From: Lentisphaeria bacterium UBA1784 | GTDB lineage: Bacteria > Verrucomicrobiota > Lentisphaeria > Victivallales > Victivallaceae | Assembly (NCBI GenBank): GCA_002315455.1 | Contig: DCGG01000175.1 | Location: forward strand, 1-38,051 | DNA length: 38,051 bases | Direction: 5' to 3' | Shown: positions 8,200 through 16,691 of the stretch, one piece after another | How positions within the stretch are numbered: the stretch's first letter is position 1 | Layout: the number at the start of each line of letters is the position of its first letter | Program-made: the position numbers and the translations under genes | Notes under the pieces: generated by a model | Databases searched by the model: none | The model's input: only the letters and a program-made list of their open reading frames with translations | Told to the model about the DNA's origin: nothing

Positions 8200-8945
8200 A
8201 CGGAATATCCTCCATCAATCACCAGAGAGGTACCGGTCGTCCAGGCGGAGGCATCGGATATGAGATAAATGATTCCGTATGCGATCTCCTCAGGTTTTCC
8301 ATATCTGCCAAGAGGATATAACGTTTTGTCTTTTGCCAGATCCGCTTCCGATACAGCACCCCCATGAATCAAATCCGTTTCCACCATTCCCGGTTGGACG
8401 GCATTGACCCTGATGTTTCGCGGGCCAAGTTCCAGTGCGCAATAGCGCATAAAATTCGTAAGAGCGGCTTTTGATGCGCCGTAAATGCCGTTGCCGGCTA
8501 CCGCGCTGTCCGCAGCTGCGGATGAGGTGAAGACGATCGAACCGCCGGATTTGATTTTTTTCCGTTTCAGAAACGCCTTGATGATCAGCATCGGAGAAAA
8601 AGTGTTTATCCCAAAGACATAAGACAGGTCTTCCGGTTTGTAGAATGCGACCGGTTTCGTCACCACTACCCCCGCATTGCAGACAATTCCATCGACTTCC
8701 GGAGTTTTATCCGCCAATTTGTCGATTCCTTCCGGCTCAGCGAGGTCGGCAATGATCGAAAGATGCCCCTCGCCAGCAAGAGCGTCCAACGTTTCCTGCA
8801 GACGTTTTTCATTGCGTCCGGTGATGATGCAACGGGCGCCCAGTTTGGAGCATTCGACGGCGACGGCTCTCCCGATTCCGGAAGATGCGCCGGTGATCAG
8901 GATGGTCTTCTGCGTCAGAAAGAATGGATTTTCGATCACACCCAT
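8193..8945 (-). CDS. SDR-family oxidoreductase, 3-oxoacyl-ACP reductase (FabG)-like
   Basis: Has the TGASSGIGRA cofactor motif, the YGASKAAL catalytic Y-x3-K and an upstream SSAA serine. It overlaps the KAS III stop by 10 nt. Confidence 0.9.
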   Translation of the reverse strand: MGVIENPFFLTQKTILITGASSGIGRAVAVECSKLGARCIITGRNEKRLQETLDALAGEGHLSIIADLAEPEGIDKLADKTPEVDGIVCNAGVVVTKPVAFYKPEDLSYVFGINTFSPMLIIKAFLKRKKIKSGGSIVFTSSAAADSAVAGNGIYGASKAALTNFMRYCALELGPRNIRVNAVQPGMVETDLIHGGAVSEADLAKDKTLYPLGRYGKPEEIAYGIIYLISDASAWTTGTSLVIDGGYSVW

Positions 8946-10000
8946 GGGGAAATCTCCTTATCTTCCACTTCAACAAGATCGGAAATGACCAAATGCTCCG
9001 TCTCAAACGCAACGGTTCCCCAGGAAAGCCCCACGCCGAAACCGCAACAGATGAATTTGTTTTTTCTATCTGCGGCGCCTTTGAGCTGTGTGACGATCGT
9101 GAGCGGAATGGACGCCGATGAGGTGTTTCCGAACGATTGGATGCTGGAAGGCACTTTTTCCGGCGCAAGTTTCAGTTTTTTGGCGATCACGTTGTTCAGC
9201 ATCTTATTGGCCTGATGAAACACAAACCAGTCGTAATCAAGGTAGTCAAAACCGAAATGTTCGCCGAGCAGTCTGACGGACTTCGGCGCCGTCGTAATGC
9301 CGAATGCGAAAATATCCATCCCCTTCATATACCCCTGAATACGGGTATATTTCATGCCGTCGATCTCCTGCTGTGCAAAGGAGTTCTGGCTGATACCGTT
9401 ACGGCAACCGCCATCCGGGACAATCAGCGAATCATAACCGCGGCCGTCCGTGCCGAAATGAAATCGGAACCCTTCCGCCCCTTCGGAATACTCCAGAGCG
9501 GTCACCGTTCCCGCGTGTCCGAAAAGCGGGGATTTATCAGGCACGACACCTTTTGCATCACCGGTCAGAAGCAGAGCCTTTCGGATCGAGCCGGAAGACA
9601 GGAGAGAAGCCGCATTGCTTAAACCATAGACCCAGCCGGAACACCCGAGAGAAACGTCTTCCGCATAGCACTCCTCGCTCAATCCAAGCCGGTACTGCAA
9701 AATGCACGCGGTGGCAGGCAAGATATAATCAGGAGTCTGCGATACAAAGAGAAGCGCATCGATCTCTTCTTTCGCCCAGCCGAGGTCTGCAATCAACTTT
9801 TCCGCCGCCTCATAACACAAGTCGGAGGTGGTGAGTCTGTCGCTGTAGCGAAGTTCCCTGACACCGGTCGTCTGAATGAATTCTTCAGCTGAATACTTGA
9901 TGTCCGGATAATCCTCATTCGCAAGATTATCAACGGCATTTTTCGGGACTCCGGCGGAGATGCCGGCGATCCTGACGTTTTTGATACTTAAATATGCCAT
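8936..10000 (-). CDS. 3-oxoacyl-ACP synthase III (FabH-like KAS III)
   Basis: 354 aa. The catalytic triad is visible: Cys in SLGCSGWVYG, His in VFHQANKML, Asn in FGNTSSASIPL. The ATG at 10000 lies 3 nt after the ACP stop. Confidence 0.9.
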   Translation of the reverse strand: MAYLSIKNVRIAGISAGVPKNAVDNLANEDYPDIKYSAEEFIQTTGVRELRYSDRLTTSDLCYEAAEKLIADLGWAKEEIDALLFVSQTPDYILPATACILQYRLGLSEECYAEDVSLGCSGWVYGLSNAASLLSSGSIRKALLLTGDAKGVVPDKSPLFGHAGTVTALEYSEGAEGFRFHFGTDGRGYDSLIVPDGGCRNGISQNSFAQQEIDGMKYTRIQGYMKGMDIFAFGITTAPKSVRLLGEHFGFDYLDYDWFVFHQANKMLNNVIAKKLKLAPEKVPSSIQSFGNTSSASIPLTIVTQLKGAADRKNKFICCGFGVGLSWGTVAFETEHLVISDLVEVEDKEISPWV

Positions 10001-10003
10001 GAT

Positions 10004-10237
10004 CTACAACTTGGTGATGATGCACTTATATACATCCTCGACAGTGACCGCGTTATGAAGATCGTTTCCGCTGATGGTAACGCCAAATTCATCGTCGACC
10101 ATCGCGATGACGGAAAGGGCGGTCAGGGACGACCACTGCTCCAGATCGTGAAATACCGTATCCGCTTTAATGGTCGCGGGTTCCGTCCTGAAGAATTGCT
10201 CTGCGAAAAGAACAACAAATTCATCCAATGTTTTCAT
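10004..10237 (-). CDS. Acyl carrier protein (77 aa)
   Basis: MKTLDEFVVLFAEQF...DLEQWSSLTALSVIAMVDDEFGVTISGNDL shows the carrier-protein helix II pattern with a candidate phosphopantetheine Ser. I chose the internal ATG at 10237 over the track start at 10300. Confidence 0.8.
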   Translation of the reverse strand: MKTLDEFVVLFAEQFFRTEPATIKADTVFHDLEQWSSLTALSVIAMVDDEFGVTISGNDLHNAVTVEDVYKCIITKL

Positions 10238-10337
10238 GATCCGTTTTCCAGTTTTGGTACCAAAAGATGTCCGGCAGTACGTTTTTGCTGTAATATACAA
10301 TGCTCCGAGAGAGTTGCAAGTCCGTTTCCCAAAATTA

Positions 10338-10997
10338 TTAAAATTCTGTTTTTACGGCAGGGACCCCCATATAAAGGAATCCGTCCCTGGGATTGGTCAT
10401 AAGCGTGCTGCCGGCAACAAGTTTGACGTGATGGCCGATGACAATATGCGGGATGACGATGCTTCCGGTGCCGAAGAAATTGCATTCCCCGATCTTGACG
10501 TAACCGGAAATCCTCACTCCGCCTTTGAAGGAATTGAAGGAACCGATTCCGACGTCATGCCCGAGAACGACGTCGCCATTGAACACGTTGAAATCACCAA
10601 TGTGCACGTCACAGGTGGCGGAACAGCCGCTCTTAATGATGTTCCCCTTGCCGATCACAAAAGACTCCGGATCATCCGAGAATGCACCGTAAGGATGAAT
10701 CAGATTCGGGAACCAAAGACGATCGTTGGCGATGGCGTCATAGACTTTTTTCACTTCCAGGGGATCACCGATCGTCAAGGCAACGGCAAGTTCCCGGTCC
10801 CACGCGTTCAATTCGCCGAGCCCGCCGAAACAGGGGCCGAAATGGGAGACCTGCGTCCCTTTCTGCGCGGGATTGCTGTCGAAGAAACCGATCAGATTCC
10901 ACGTGGGCTTCTGCTCGTTGATCCGCCGGATCATGCAGGCGACTTCCCTCCCGAAGCCGCCGGCTCCGTAAAGTGCAATGTCTTTCAATTCCGCCAT
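10338..10997 (-). CDS. Sugar N/O-acyltransferase of the NeuD/PglD family (left-handed beta-helix)
   Basis: The N-terminus LYGAGGFGREVACMI is the Rossmann-like PglD_N-type segment. The C-terminal half has hexapeptide repeats (IGDFNVFNGDVVLGHDVGIGSFNSFKGGVRISGYVKIGECNFFGTGSIV). Confidence 0.85.
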   Translation of the reverse strand: MAELKDIALYGAGGFGREVACMIRRINEQKPTWNLIGFFDSNPAQKGTQVSHFGPCFGGLGELNAWDRELAVALTIGDPLEVKKVYDAIANDRLWFPNLIHPYGAFSDDPESFVIGKGNIIKSGCSATCDVHIGDFNVFNGDVVLGHDVGIGSFNSFKGGVRISGYVKIGECNFFGTGSIVIPHIVIGHHVKLVAGSTLMTNPRDGFLYMGVPAVKTEF

Positions 10998-11378
10998 TTT
11001 ATCTGCGCGCCCCTTCCCCTGCGAAATTCAGAACGGCACGCCGCAGAAAAATTTTTCCGGAACGGTTCAAAAGCGGTCACGGTACTTTCCCGCAACGCAA
11101 CAGTGGAATCTCCGAAAATAAAGATTTTTACCATGATCAGTATTCCCCGGGGACCTCCATCCATGCCGCTTTGACGGAAATCCCGAACGCTCTTGTCTGA
11201 AAATCTCCACGTGAGATCAGTCTCTGCTGTAATGTACTTTCTGAAGCGCCCTTTTTCAAATCGTGACCGTGATTTCTGCAGAAAGATCATCAACGCCCCG
11301 TCAAACCTGCGAAAAAAGCATCGCAGGACCGCCGTACGCAGAGAAAAATTGCACGGCGTTGTTTCCGCAGCCGGGTCG

Positions 11379-12038
11379 TCATTTGCAGGAGCGGTACGCT
11401 CCCGGAGACACGCCGGTCGCCTTCTTGAACGCTTCGGAGAAAACGTAGCGGTCCGCGAAACCGCAGGCTTCCGCGATCTCCCCGATCCCTGCAGAACCGC
11501 AGGAGAGCATGGTCCGGGCCTTTTCCATGGCGAGCGCCAACGCGAACCGGTGGGGCGTGACGCCGGTCTCCTCCTTGAACCTGCACTGGAAAATTGCGGC
11601 GGACATGCCGATCTTCCAGCAGATCTCCTCCCGTTTCAGACCTTGATTCATCAGGTGCATGGCGCGCTGTATCCGGTCATCCGCCTGTTCGCCGGCGGCG
11701 AAGAAGTGACTTGCCGGAATGGCGGCAAGCGCTGAAAAGACAAGGGCGTACACCGTCGCATCCGAGAAGGTCTCCTGTCCCATCAGGAGAGGCAGAACTC
11801 CGCAGAGACTTCGATCGAAGAGTATCACTTCCGGTTTCACCTGCGAGTATGGGAGACCGGCATGGAAGTGGACGTAGAGATGGTCGAAGGGCGCTTCGCA
11901 GGTACTGCGGCAAGGGGTATGAGGGGGGATCAGCACGATCTCCCGTCCAGTGGGGCGGACTTTCCTGCCGCCGAAATCCAGACAGGCCCCCGGTCCGGCG
12001 TAGTAGTAAAGGAACCGGGGGAAATTGGTCTGCGTCAC
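11379..12038 (-). CDS. AraC-family transcriptional regulator (cupin-like N-domain plus double HTH)
   Basis: The C-terminal segments GMSAAIFQCRFKEETGVTPHRF and IGEIAEACGFADRYVFSEAFKKATGVSPGAYR form the AraC HTH signature. A GTG start at 12038 overlaps the upstream stop. Confidence 0.85.
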   Translation of the reverse strand: MTQTNFPRFLYYYAGPGACLDFGGRKVRPTGREIVLIPPHTPCRSTCEAPFDHLYVHFHAGLPYSQVKPEVILFDRSLCGVLPLLMGQETFSDATVYALVFSALAAIPASHFFAAGEQADDRIQRAMHLMNQGLKREEICWKIGMSAAIFQCRFKEETGVTPHRFALALAMEKARTMLSCGSAGIGEIAEACGFADRYVFSEAFKKATGVSPGAYRSCK

Positions 12039-13921
12039 TCCCGTTCTTTGCAGAAACGGCGTGCCGCCTCCGCGTTCGCCGCGTAACCGGGATTGGCAGG
12101 TTCCAGCGCCTGCGCCCGCCGGAAGGCGAGTGACGCCTTCTCGTGGTTTCCGAGGCAGAACTCCGCGATTCCGAGGGCGTTCCAGTTCTTCGGGTCCGCA
12201 GGAGCGTAATAGACCGCGGTGGACTCCAGACGCTTCGCATCTTCGTATTTTTCCCGCCGGATCTGAAGCAGTCCGTAGTTGCAGGCCGCCTGCGAAGGAT
12301 CGTTCCCCAGCATCATCGCGCGCTCAAAACACGCCTCCGCCTCGTGATAGCGGGTCTTTTCTCCGTAGAGCATCCCCAAACGCATCCACGCCTCGGGATG
12401 CAGCGGCTCCGCTTCCGCCGCGTCTCGGTACCATTTCTCCGCCGTCAGCAGATCGCCGCGCTCCTCCGCGATCCGGCCAAGCAGACAGGAAGTCCGGGGA
12501 GGATCGTTCAACTTCCGGGCAGAGTAAGCCAGCAGATCTTCGGCAAGGTCAAAATTCCCCCGACGGAATGCCGCCTCCCCCCAGAGTGCGGCCGCCTCGA
12601 TCTTCCCCGCGGCCATGAAGGGAAAACTGAAGGGAAGCGAAAGCAGAACAGCCAAAGCAGGAAGGCTCCACCAGCGTTTCCAATTCATGGCATCCATCCC
12701 CAGCGCCGCAAGCACAAGGATCCCCGGCCACGCCCCCATCCGGAAGTTTCCGCAGGAAAAGGTGAGGAGCGTCCCGATCCAGAAAGCACCGACAAGCAAA
12801 AGCGCTGGCAGATATTCTCTCCGCCGCCGCACGACTTCCCACGTCCCGATGAACGCAAGAAGAAATACCGCTGGGACTACGCTTCTCCCCCAAAAAACGT
12901 AGTCGGTTTGGCAGATCAGGATCCCCGGATCGGCTCCGGATGGCAGTTCGTTGGGGTGGAAGAAATACACCGCCTTGCGGGCCAGCAGGACCAATCCCTT
13001 CCACGGATGCTCCTTCCAAAACGCGCCCGCTTTCTCCAGCCATACGCGCGGGGGAGAGACCTGACGCGCCTTCGCCTCCTGTGCGGTCTCCCGGCGGACC
13101 TGCCTCAACTTCTGCCCGGGAGCGAGGTTGCAATACCCCTTGGCCTGCGGATTGTTCCCGAGCCAAACGAGGAAGGCGGCATTGGACTGCACCCCCGTCA
13201 ACTGCACATAGCGAACGCTCTTGGCCGCAATGACCGGCAGAAGCAACAGCAACGCGCCGCACAGCACGCAGACAAGATGTTTCCACTTTTTCCGGCAACA
13301 TGCGGCGGTGGAAACCGCCGCAAGAAAGCAAAACGCAAGTCCATGGGTCAGCACTCCAAGCCCGCAAAAAAGCCCACTCGCAAAGGCGGGCACGCATCCG
13401 CCCGTCCGGCAGGCACGAAGCAGAAACGCCAGCGCCAGCGTCATCTCGGGGAACAGCAAACTCGCCGGGACCAGTTCCGCCTGAAAGTAAATGAGGTTGG
13501 GCAGAAGCACCATTCCCGCGAGAAACCAGCCGCAGAGCGAACGCTTCCAGCCGTTCCGATACAGTTCCAGCGCGAGCACGAATGATGCGGGGAGACTCAG
13601 CAAAAGCGTGACCGCCCGTGCCGCCGGGACCGGTGCCCAGGGAAAAAACCGATAGACTCCGGCGAGAAAGAAACTGTACAGCGGCGCATGTTCCTCCGGC
13701 CTCAAGGGGAAAAGAACTCCGCCGAGGATCTCTCTCGCCCGCTGATCGTATTCTGCGACGTCAGGGCCAAGCGCAAAGGAAAAAAGAGGCGAGGAGGAAA
13801 ACTCCCGCAGATATTCCGCGCGTGCAAAGATCCCCAAAAGAAGCGGGAACCACCACCAGAAATTCTCCTGCAGAAGCCGGGAAACGGTGCGGAACTTCCC
13901 TGCCTGTGCCCGTTCGTCCAT
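12035..13921 (-). CDS. GT-C fold (PMT_2/ArnT-like) membrane glycosyltransferase fused to C-terminal TPR repeats
   Basis: 628 aa with a polytopic N-terminal two-thirds and an early loop EEHAPLYSFFLAG. The C-terminal 200 aa or so are clear TPRs (AEKWYRDAAEAEPLHPEAWMRLGMLY, EACFERAMMLGNDP, NWNALGIAEFCLGNHEKASLAFRRAQALEP). Confidence 0.75.
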   Translation of the reverse strand: MDERAQAGKFRTVSRLLQENFWWWFPLLLGIFARAEYLREFSSSPLFSFALGPDVAEYDQRAREILGGVLFPLRPEEHAPLYSFFLAGVYRFFPWAPVPAARAVTLLLSLPASFVLALELYRNGWKRSLCGWFLAGMVLLPNLIYFQAELVPASLLFPEMTLALAFLLRACRTGGCVPAFASGLFCGLGVLTHGLAFCFLAAVSTAACCRKKWKHLVCVLCGALLLLLPVIAAKSVRYVQLTGVQSNAAFLVWLGNNPQAKGYCNLAPGQKLRQVRRETAQEAKARQVSPPRVWLEKAGAFWKEHPWKGLVLLARKAVYFFHPNELPSGADPGILICQTDYVFWGRSVVPAVFLLAFIGTWEVVRRRREYLPALLLVGAFWIGTLLTFSCGNFRMGAWPGILVLAALGMDAMNWKRWWSLPALAVLLSLPFSFPFMAAGKIEAAALWGEAAFRRGNFDLAEDLLAYSARKLNDPPRTSCLLGRIAEERGDLLTAEKWYRDAAEAEPLHPEAWMRLGMLYGEKTRYHEAEACFERAMMLGNDPSQAACNYGLLQIRREKYEDAKRLESTAVYYAPADPKNWNALGIAEFCLGNHEKASLAFRRAQALEPANPGYAANAEAARRFCKERE

Positions 13922-13947
13922 GGTCGTATTCCGGACGAAAACGCCCC

Positions 13948-14226
13948 CTACCGGGGCGGAAAGTCAAACTCGAACTCGAAGAGATCGCCGATCCGTTTGA
14001 CCGCCTTCTCCTCCTCCGGGCCCTCCACCCGCAGAACCCCTTCCGCTCCGCAGGTCAGTCCCAGGGAGATCAGGGAGAGGATGCTGTTCAGTTCGGTGTC
14101 GCCGTCACTGGTCTCCACCTCGAAACGGTGGAGCGGAAACTCCTGATTGATGGTGTTCAGGATCACGCTGGCCGGACGGCAATGGATCCCGGCCTTGTTT
14201 TTTACCGTGAAAACTCGTTCTTTCAT
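13948..14226 (-). CDS. ptsH: HPr-family phosphocarrier protein
   Basis: 92 aa. Has active-site His context KAGIHCRPAS and a regulatory-Ser-like region LNSILSLISLG. Confidence 0.85.
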   Translation of the reverse strand: MKERVFTVKNKAGIHCRPASVILNTINQEFPLHRFEVETSDGDTELNSILSLISLGLTCGAEGVLRVEGPEEEKAVKRIGDLFEFEFDFPPR

Positions 14227-14282
14227 CGTTTCACCTCTATTGAATCACACCTTCTTCCGAGCCGGAAGACCCGGAAAAGTTT

Positions 14283-14825
14283 TTATTTCCAGACGCGTTC
14301 CGGCGAGGCATCGTCTCCCTGCTCCAATCGGGCAATGCAGGGCAGATTACGGTATTTTTCGCAGGAGTCCAGCCCGTAGCCGACAAGATAATCCTCCGAC
14401 AAAAACACCCCCGCCCAATCCGCATGGACGACTCCTTCCGGACGGGGGATCGTCTTCTCCACCATCACCGCGGTGCGGACACTCAAGGCACCCTGCTCCG
14501 ACATGTGCCGGGAAACGGCCAAAAGAGTCTTGCCGCTGTCGAGGACCTCGTCCACCAGCAGGACGTGACGGCCGTTCACCGGCTCCTTCAGCGCGGAACG
14601 GAACCGGACCTCCATGACGCGGGTGTCCCGCTGATAACTGGAGACCGCGAGCGTATCCAACCGCAGCGGCAGGCGGAGTTTCCGCGTCAGATCCGCCGCA
14701 AAATAGACCGCCCCCATCAGCAGGACAACCACGGTGAGCGGTTTCCCCGCATAAAACCCATTGATCTCTTCTCCGAGGCGGGAGACGGCGCGTTCGATTT
14801 CGGCTTCGCTGACGATGATCTGCAT
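14283..14825 (-). CDS. hpt: Hypoxanthine phosphoribosyltransferase
   Basis: 180 aa with PRPP-binding loop VLLVDEVLDSGKTL and C-terminal VGYGLDSCEKYRNLP. Confidence 0.9.
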   Translation of the reverse strand: MQIIVSEAEIERAVSRLGEEINGFYAGKPLTVVVLLMGAVYFAADLTRKLRLPLRLDTLAVSSYQRDTRVMEVRFRSALKEPVNGRHVLLVDEVLDSGKTLLAVSRHMSEQGALSVRTAVMVEKTIPRPEGVVHADWAGVFLSEDYLVGYGLDSCEKYRNLPCIARLEQGDDASPERVWK

Positions 14826-14903
14826 GGTTTCCCCTGAAAATACCTCTGCCGCCGTAGAATATATACCGGGAAAAACCGCTTTGCAACCCCGATCGCGTAT
14901 TTT

Positions 14904-16691
14904 TTACGGTTTGATCCGGTAAAGAGGATGCGCCGGAAAGAGCGTGTGAGCCTTCCTCCGGTGGAACTGCGCGGACCCGGTGTCCCCTTCCTTCGCCGCC
15001 AGAAGCGCGAGCCGCCAATGGAGCGCCGCCTGATCGGGATCCCGGGCAAGCGCCGCATCATAGAAACCGCGGGCGGCGGAAAGTTCCCCCGCCTCCCAGA
15101 AGTAGTCCCCCGCCAGCCACGGCGGATAGGCGCTCCACGGACGGAACCGGAGACACTCCCCATAGGCCGCAAGGACCGCTTCCGGATGGTTCCGGCTGTA
15201 CCGGATCATTTCGCCATCCTGCGGCTGAACGAGAGCGGAAAGGTTCCCGAATGCGTACTCTCCCGCCAGCCACCATCCATTGGCGCCGGCGGCGGCGATG
15301 CCAATGAGAAGCAGTGCCGCCATCCGAACGTTCCGCCAGGTGCCGGACGCCGGATGCGGAGCCTCCTGGTCATTGGGGAGCAGAACTGCAAGTTCCACGA
15401 GGATCAGCGCCGCAAGCGTCGCCGGGATGTGGATTCCGATGTCCATGAGCAGATGAAGCGTTAACGCGGTACAACTCCAGAATCCGGCCTTGTACCACCG
15501 CCCCCGCCTCCGGAGCTTCCACATTCCGGCAAGCGGGACCAGCAGTGCCGCCGCGGCAAGGAGTCCGCCGGGGATACCGCACTGGGCGGAAAAGGAAGCG
15601 ATGAGATCGTGAGGGTCCCGGGCGGATTCATCGGAGCCGGAGCGCTTGATGCGCTGGTGAGTGTGGTAGAACGCGCCCCATCCCGCCCCCAGCGGATGAT
15701 GCCGCACCATGTACAGCGAAGTACGGAGATAATCCGCCCGTTCTCCGGTGGAGAGGAATCCCCGCTCGCTTTGATGGACGTAAAAGGCCCCTGCCCCCAG
15801 GAGCAGAAGAAGCATTCCGGCGATCCACCAGCGGACCGCCAGGGAGAGTTTGCGGTCGAGGAGCCATCCCGTCCCGGCCACCGCCGCGCAGACGAAGGCA
15901 CCCCGGCTCCGGGTCAGGGCAAGAACCCCAATGGTCAGCAGAAAAACGCCGGTCCCCAGGACGATCCGGGAGAGCCGCTTCGGCTCGAAGTGATCCCCGG
16001 CGCGGACCGCACACAAGACGGCAACAGGCGCCCCCAGAAGCAGGAACCCGGCGAGAGCGTTGCAGGAGACCATGGGTCCATAGACCCGGTTGTCTGCCAG
16101 ACGCGCGAGAATGACCGGATTGATGCGGACCCCTTCCGCCTGCTGTTGCGCCACGTACGCCCGGGTAGCCGCCATGCCGATGAAGTATTGATAGGTTCCG
16201 CAGAGGCAGGTGAGCAGAACGCCTGCCGCCAAGGCGATCACGGCAGGTCTCCACCACCGGGGTGCCCGGGAAAACAGAAGCGCCGCACCGCCGGCAAAGG
16301 CTCCAACGGCGAAGAAGTGGGAAACGGCTCCGAAGACGAAGTCCGGCGTTCCCCGGCCACCCAGCAGAGCGGCCAGCGGAAGCCCGGCCGTCCAGAGCAA
16401 AGCGGATACGGTTCCCCAGCCTCTCCGGTGCGGCAGACCGCATCCGAAGAGGGCGGCCAGCAGAAGGAGTCCGGAAAAGATCCCGAAGGTGTGGGCGGGC
16501 CAGCTGATGATGGACCATGCCGCCCACGAAACGTCGAGGAAGCCAGAGGCATCCGGCATCACCGCAAGCGATCCGAACTTCAGCGGCAGAAGAAAGGTCC
16601 CGAGCACCAGCAGAACGCCGGTCAGCCGGACGCCGAAAGGCTCCGGTCCGCCGTTATCCGTGCGTGCAGCCGGCGTCAGGGAGTGGTTCAT
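14904..16691 (-). CDS. O-antigen-ligase-like (Wzy_C domain) polytopic membrane protein fused to C-terminal TPR-like repeats
   Basis: 595 aa with many TM segments, LTRSRGAFVCAAVAG and a periplasmic-loop His region. The C-terminal segment YFWEAGELSAARGFYDAALARDPDQAALHWRLALLAAKEGDTGSA is TPR-like. The ATG overlaps the purU stop (ATGA at 16688-16691). Confidence 0.7.
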   Translation of the reverse strand: MNHSLTPAARTDNGGPEPFGVRLTGVLLVLGTFLLPLKFGSLAVMPDASGFLDVSWAAWSIISWPAHTFGIFSGLLLLAALFGCGLPHRRGWGTVSALLWTAGLPLAALLGGRGTPDFVFGAVSHFFAVGAFAGGAALLFSRAPRWWRPAVIALAAGVLLTCLCGTYQYFIGMAATRAYVAQQQAEGVRINPVILARLADNRVYGPMVSCNALAGFLLLGAPVAVLCAVRAGDHFEPKRLSRIVLGTGVFLLTIGVLALTRSRGAFVCAAVAGTGWLLDRKLSLAVRWWIAGMLLLLLGAGAFYVHQSERGFLSTGERADYLRTSLYMVRHHPLGAGWGAFYHTHQRIKRSGSDESARDPHDLIASFSAQCGIPGGLLAAAALLVPLAGMWKLRRRGRWYKAGFWSCTALTLHLLMDIGIHIPATLAALILVELAVLLPNDQEAPHPASGTWRNVRMAALLLIGIAAAGANGWWLAGEYAFGNLSALVQPQDGEMIRYSRNHPEAVLAAYGECLRFRPWSAYPPWLAGDYFWEAGELSAARGFYDAALARDPDQAALHWRLALLAAKEGDTGSAQFHRRKAHTLFPAHPLYRIKP

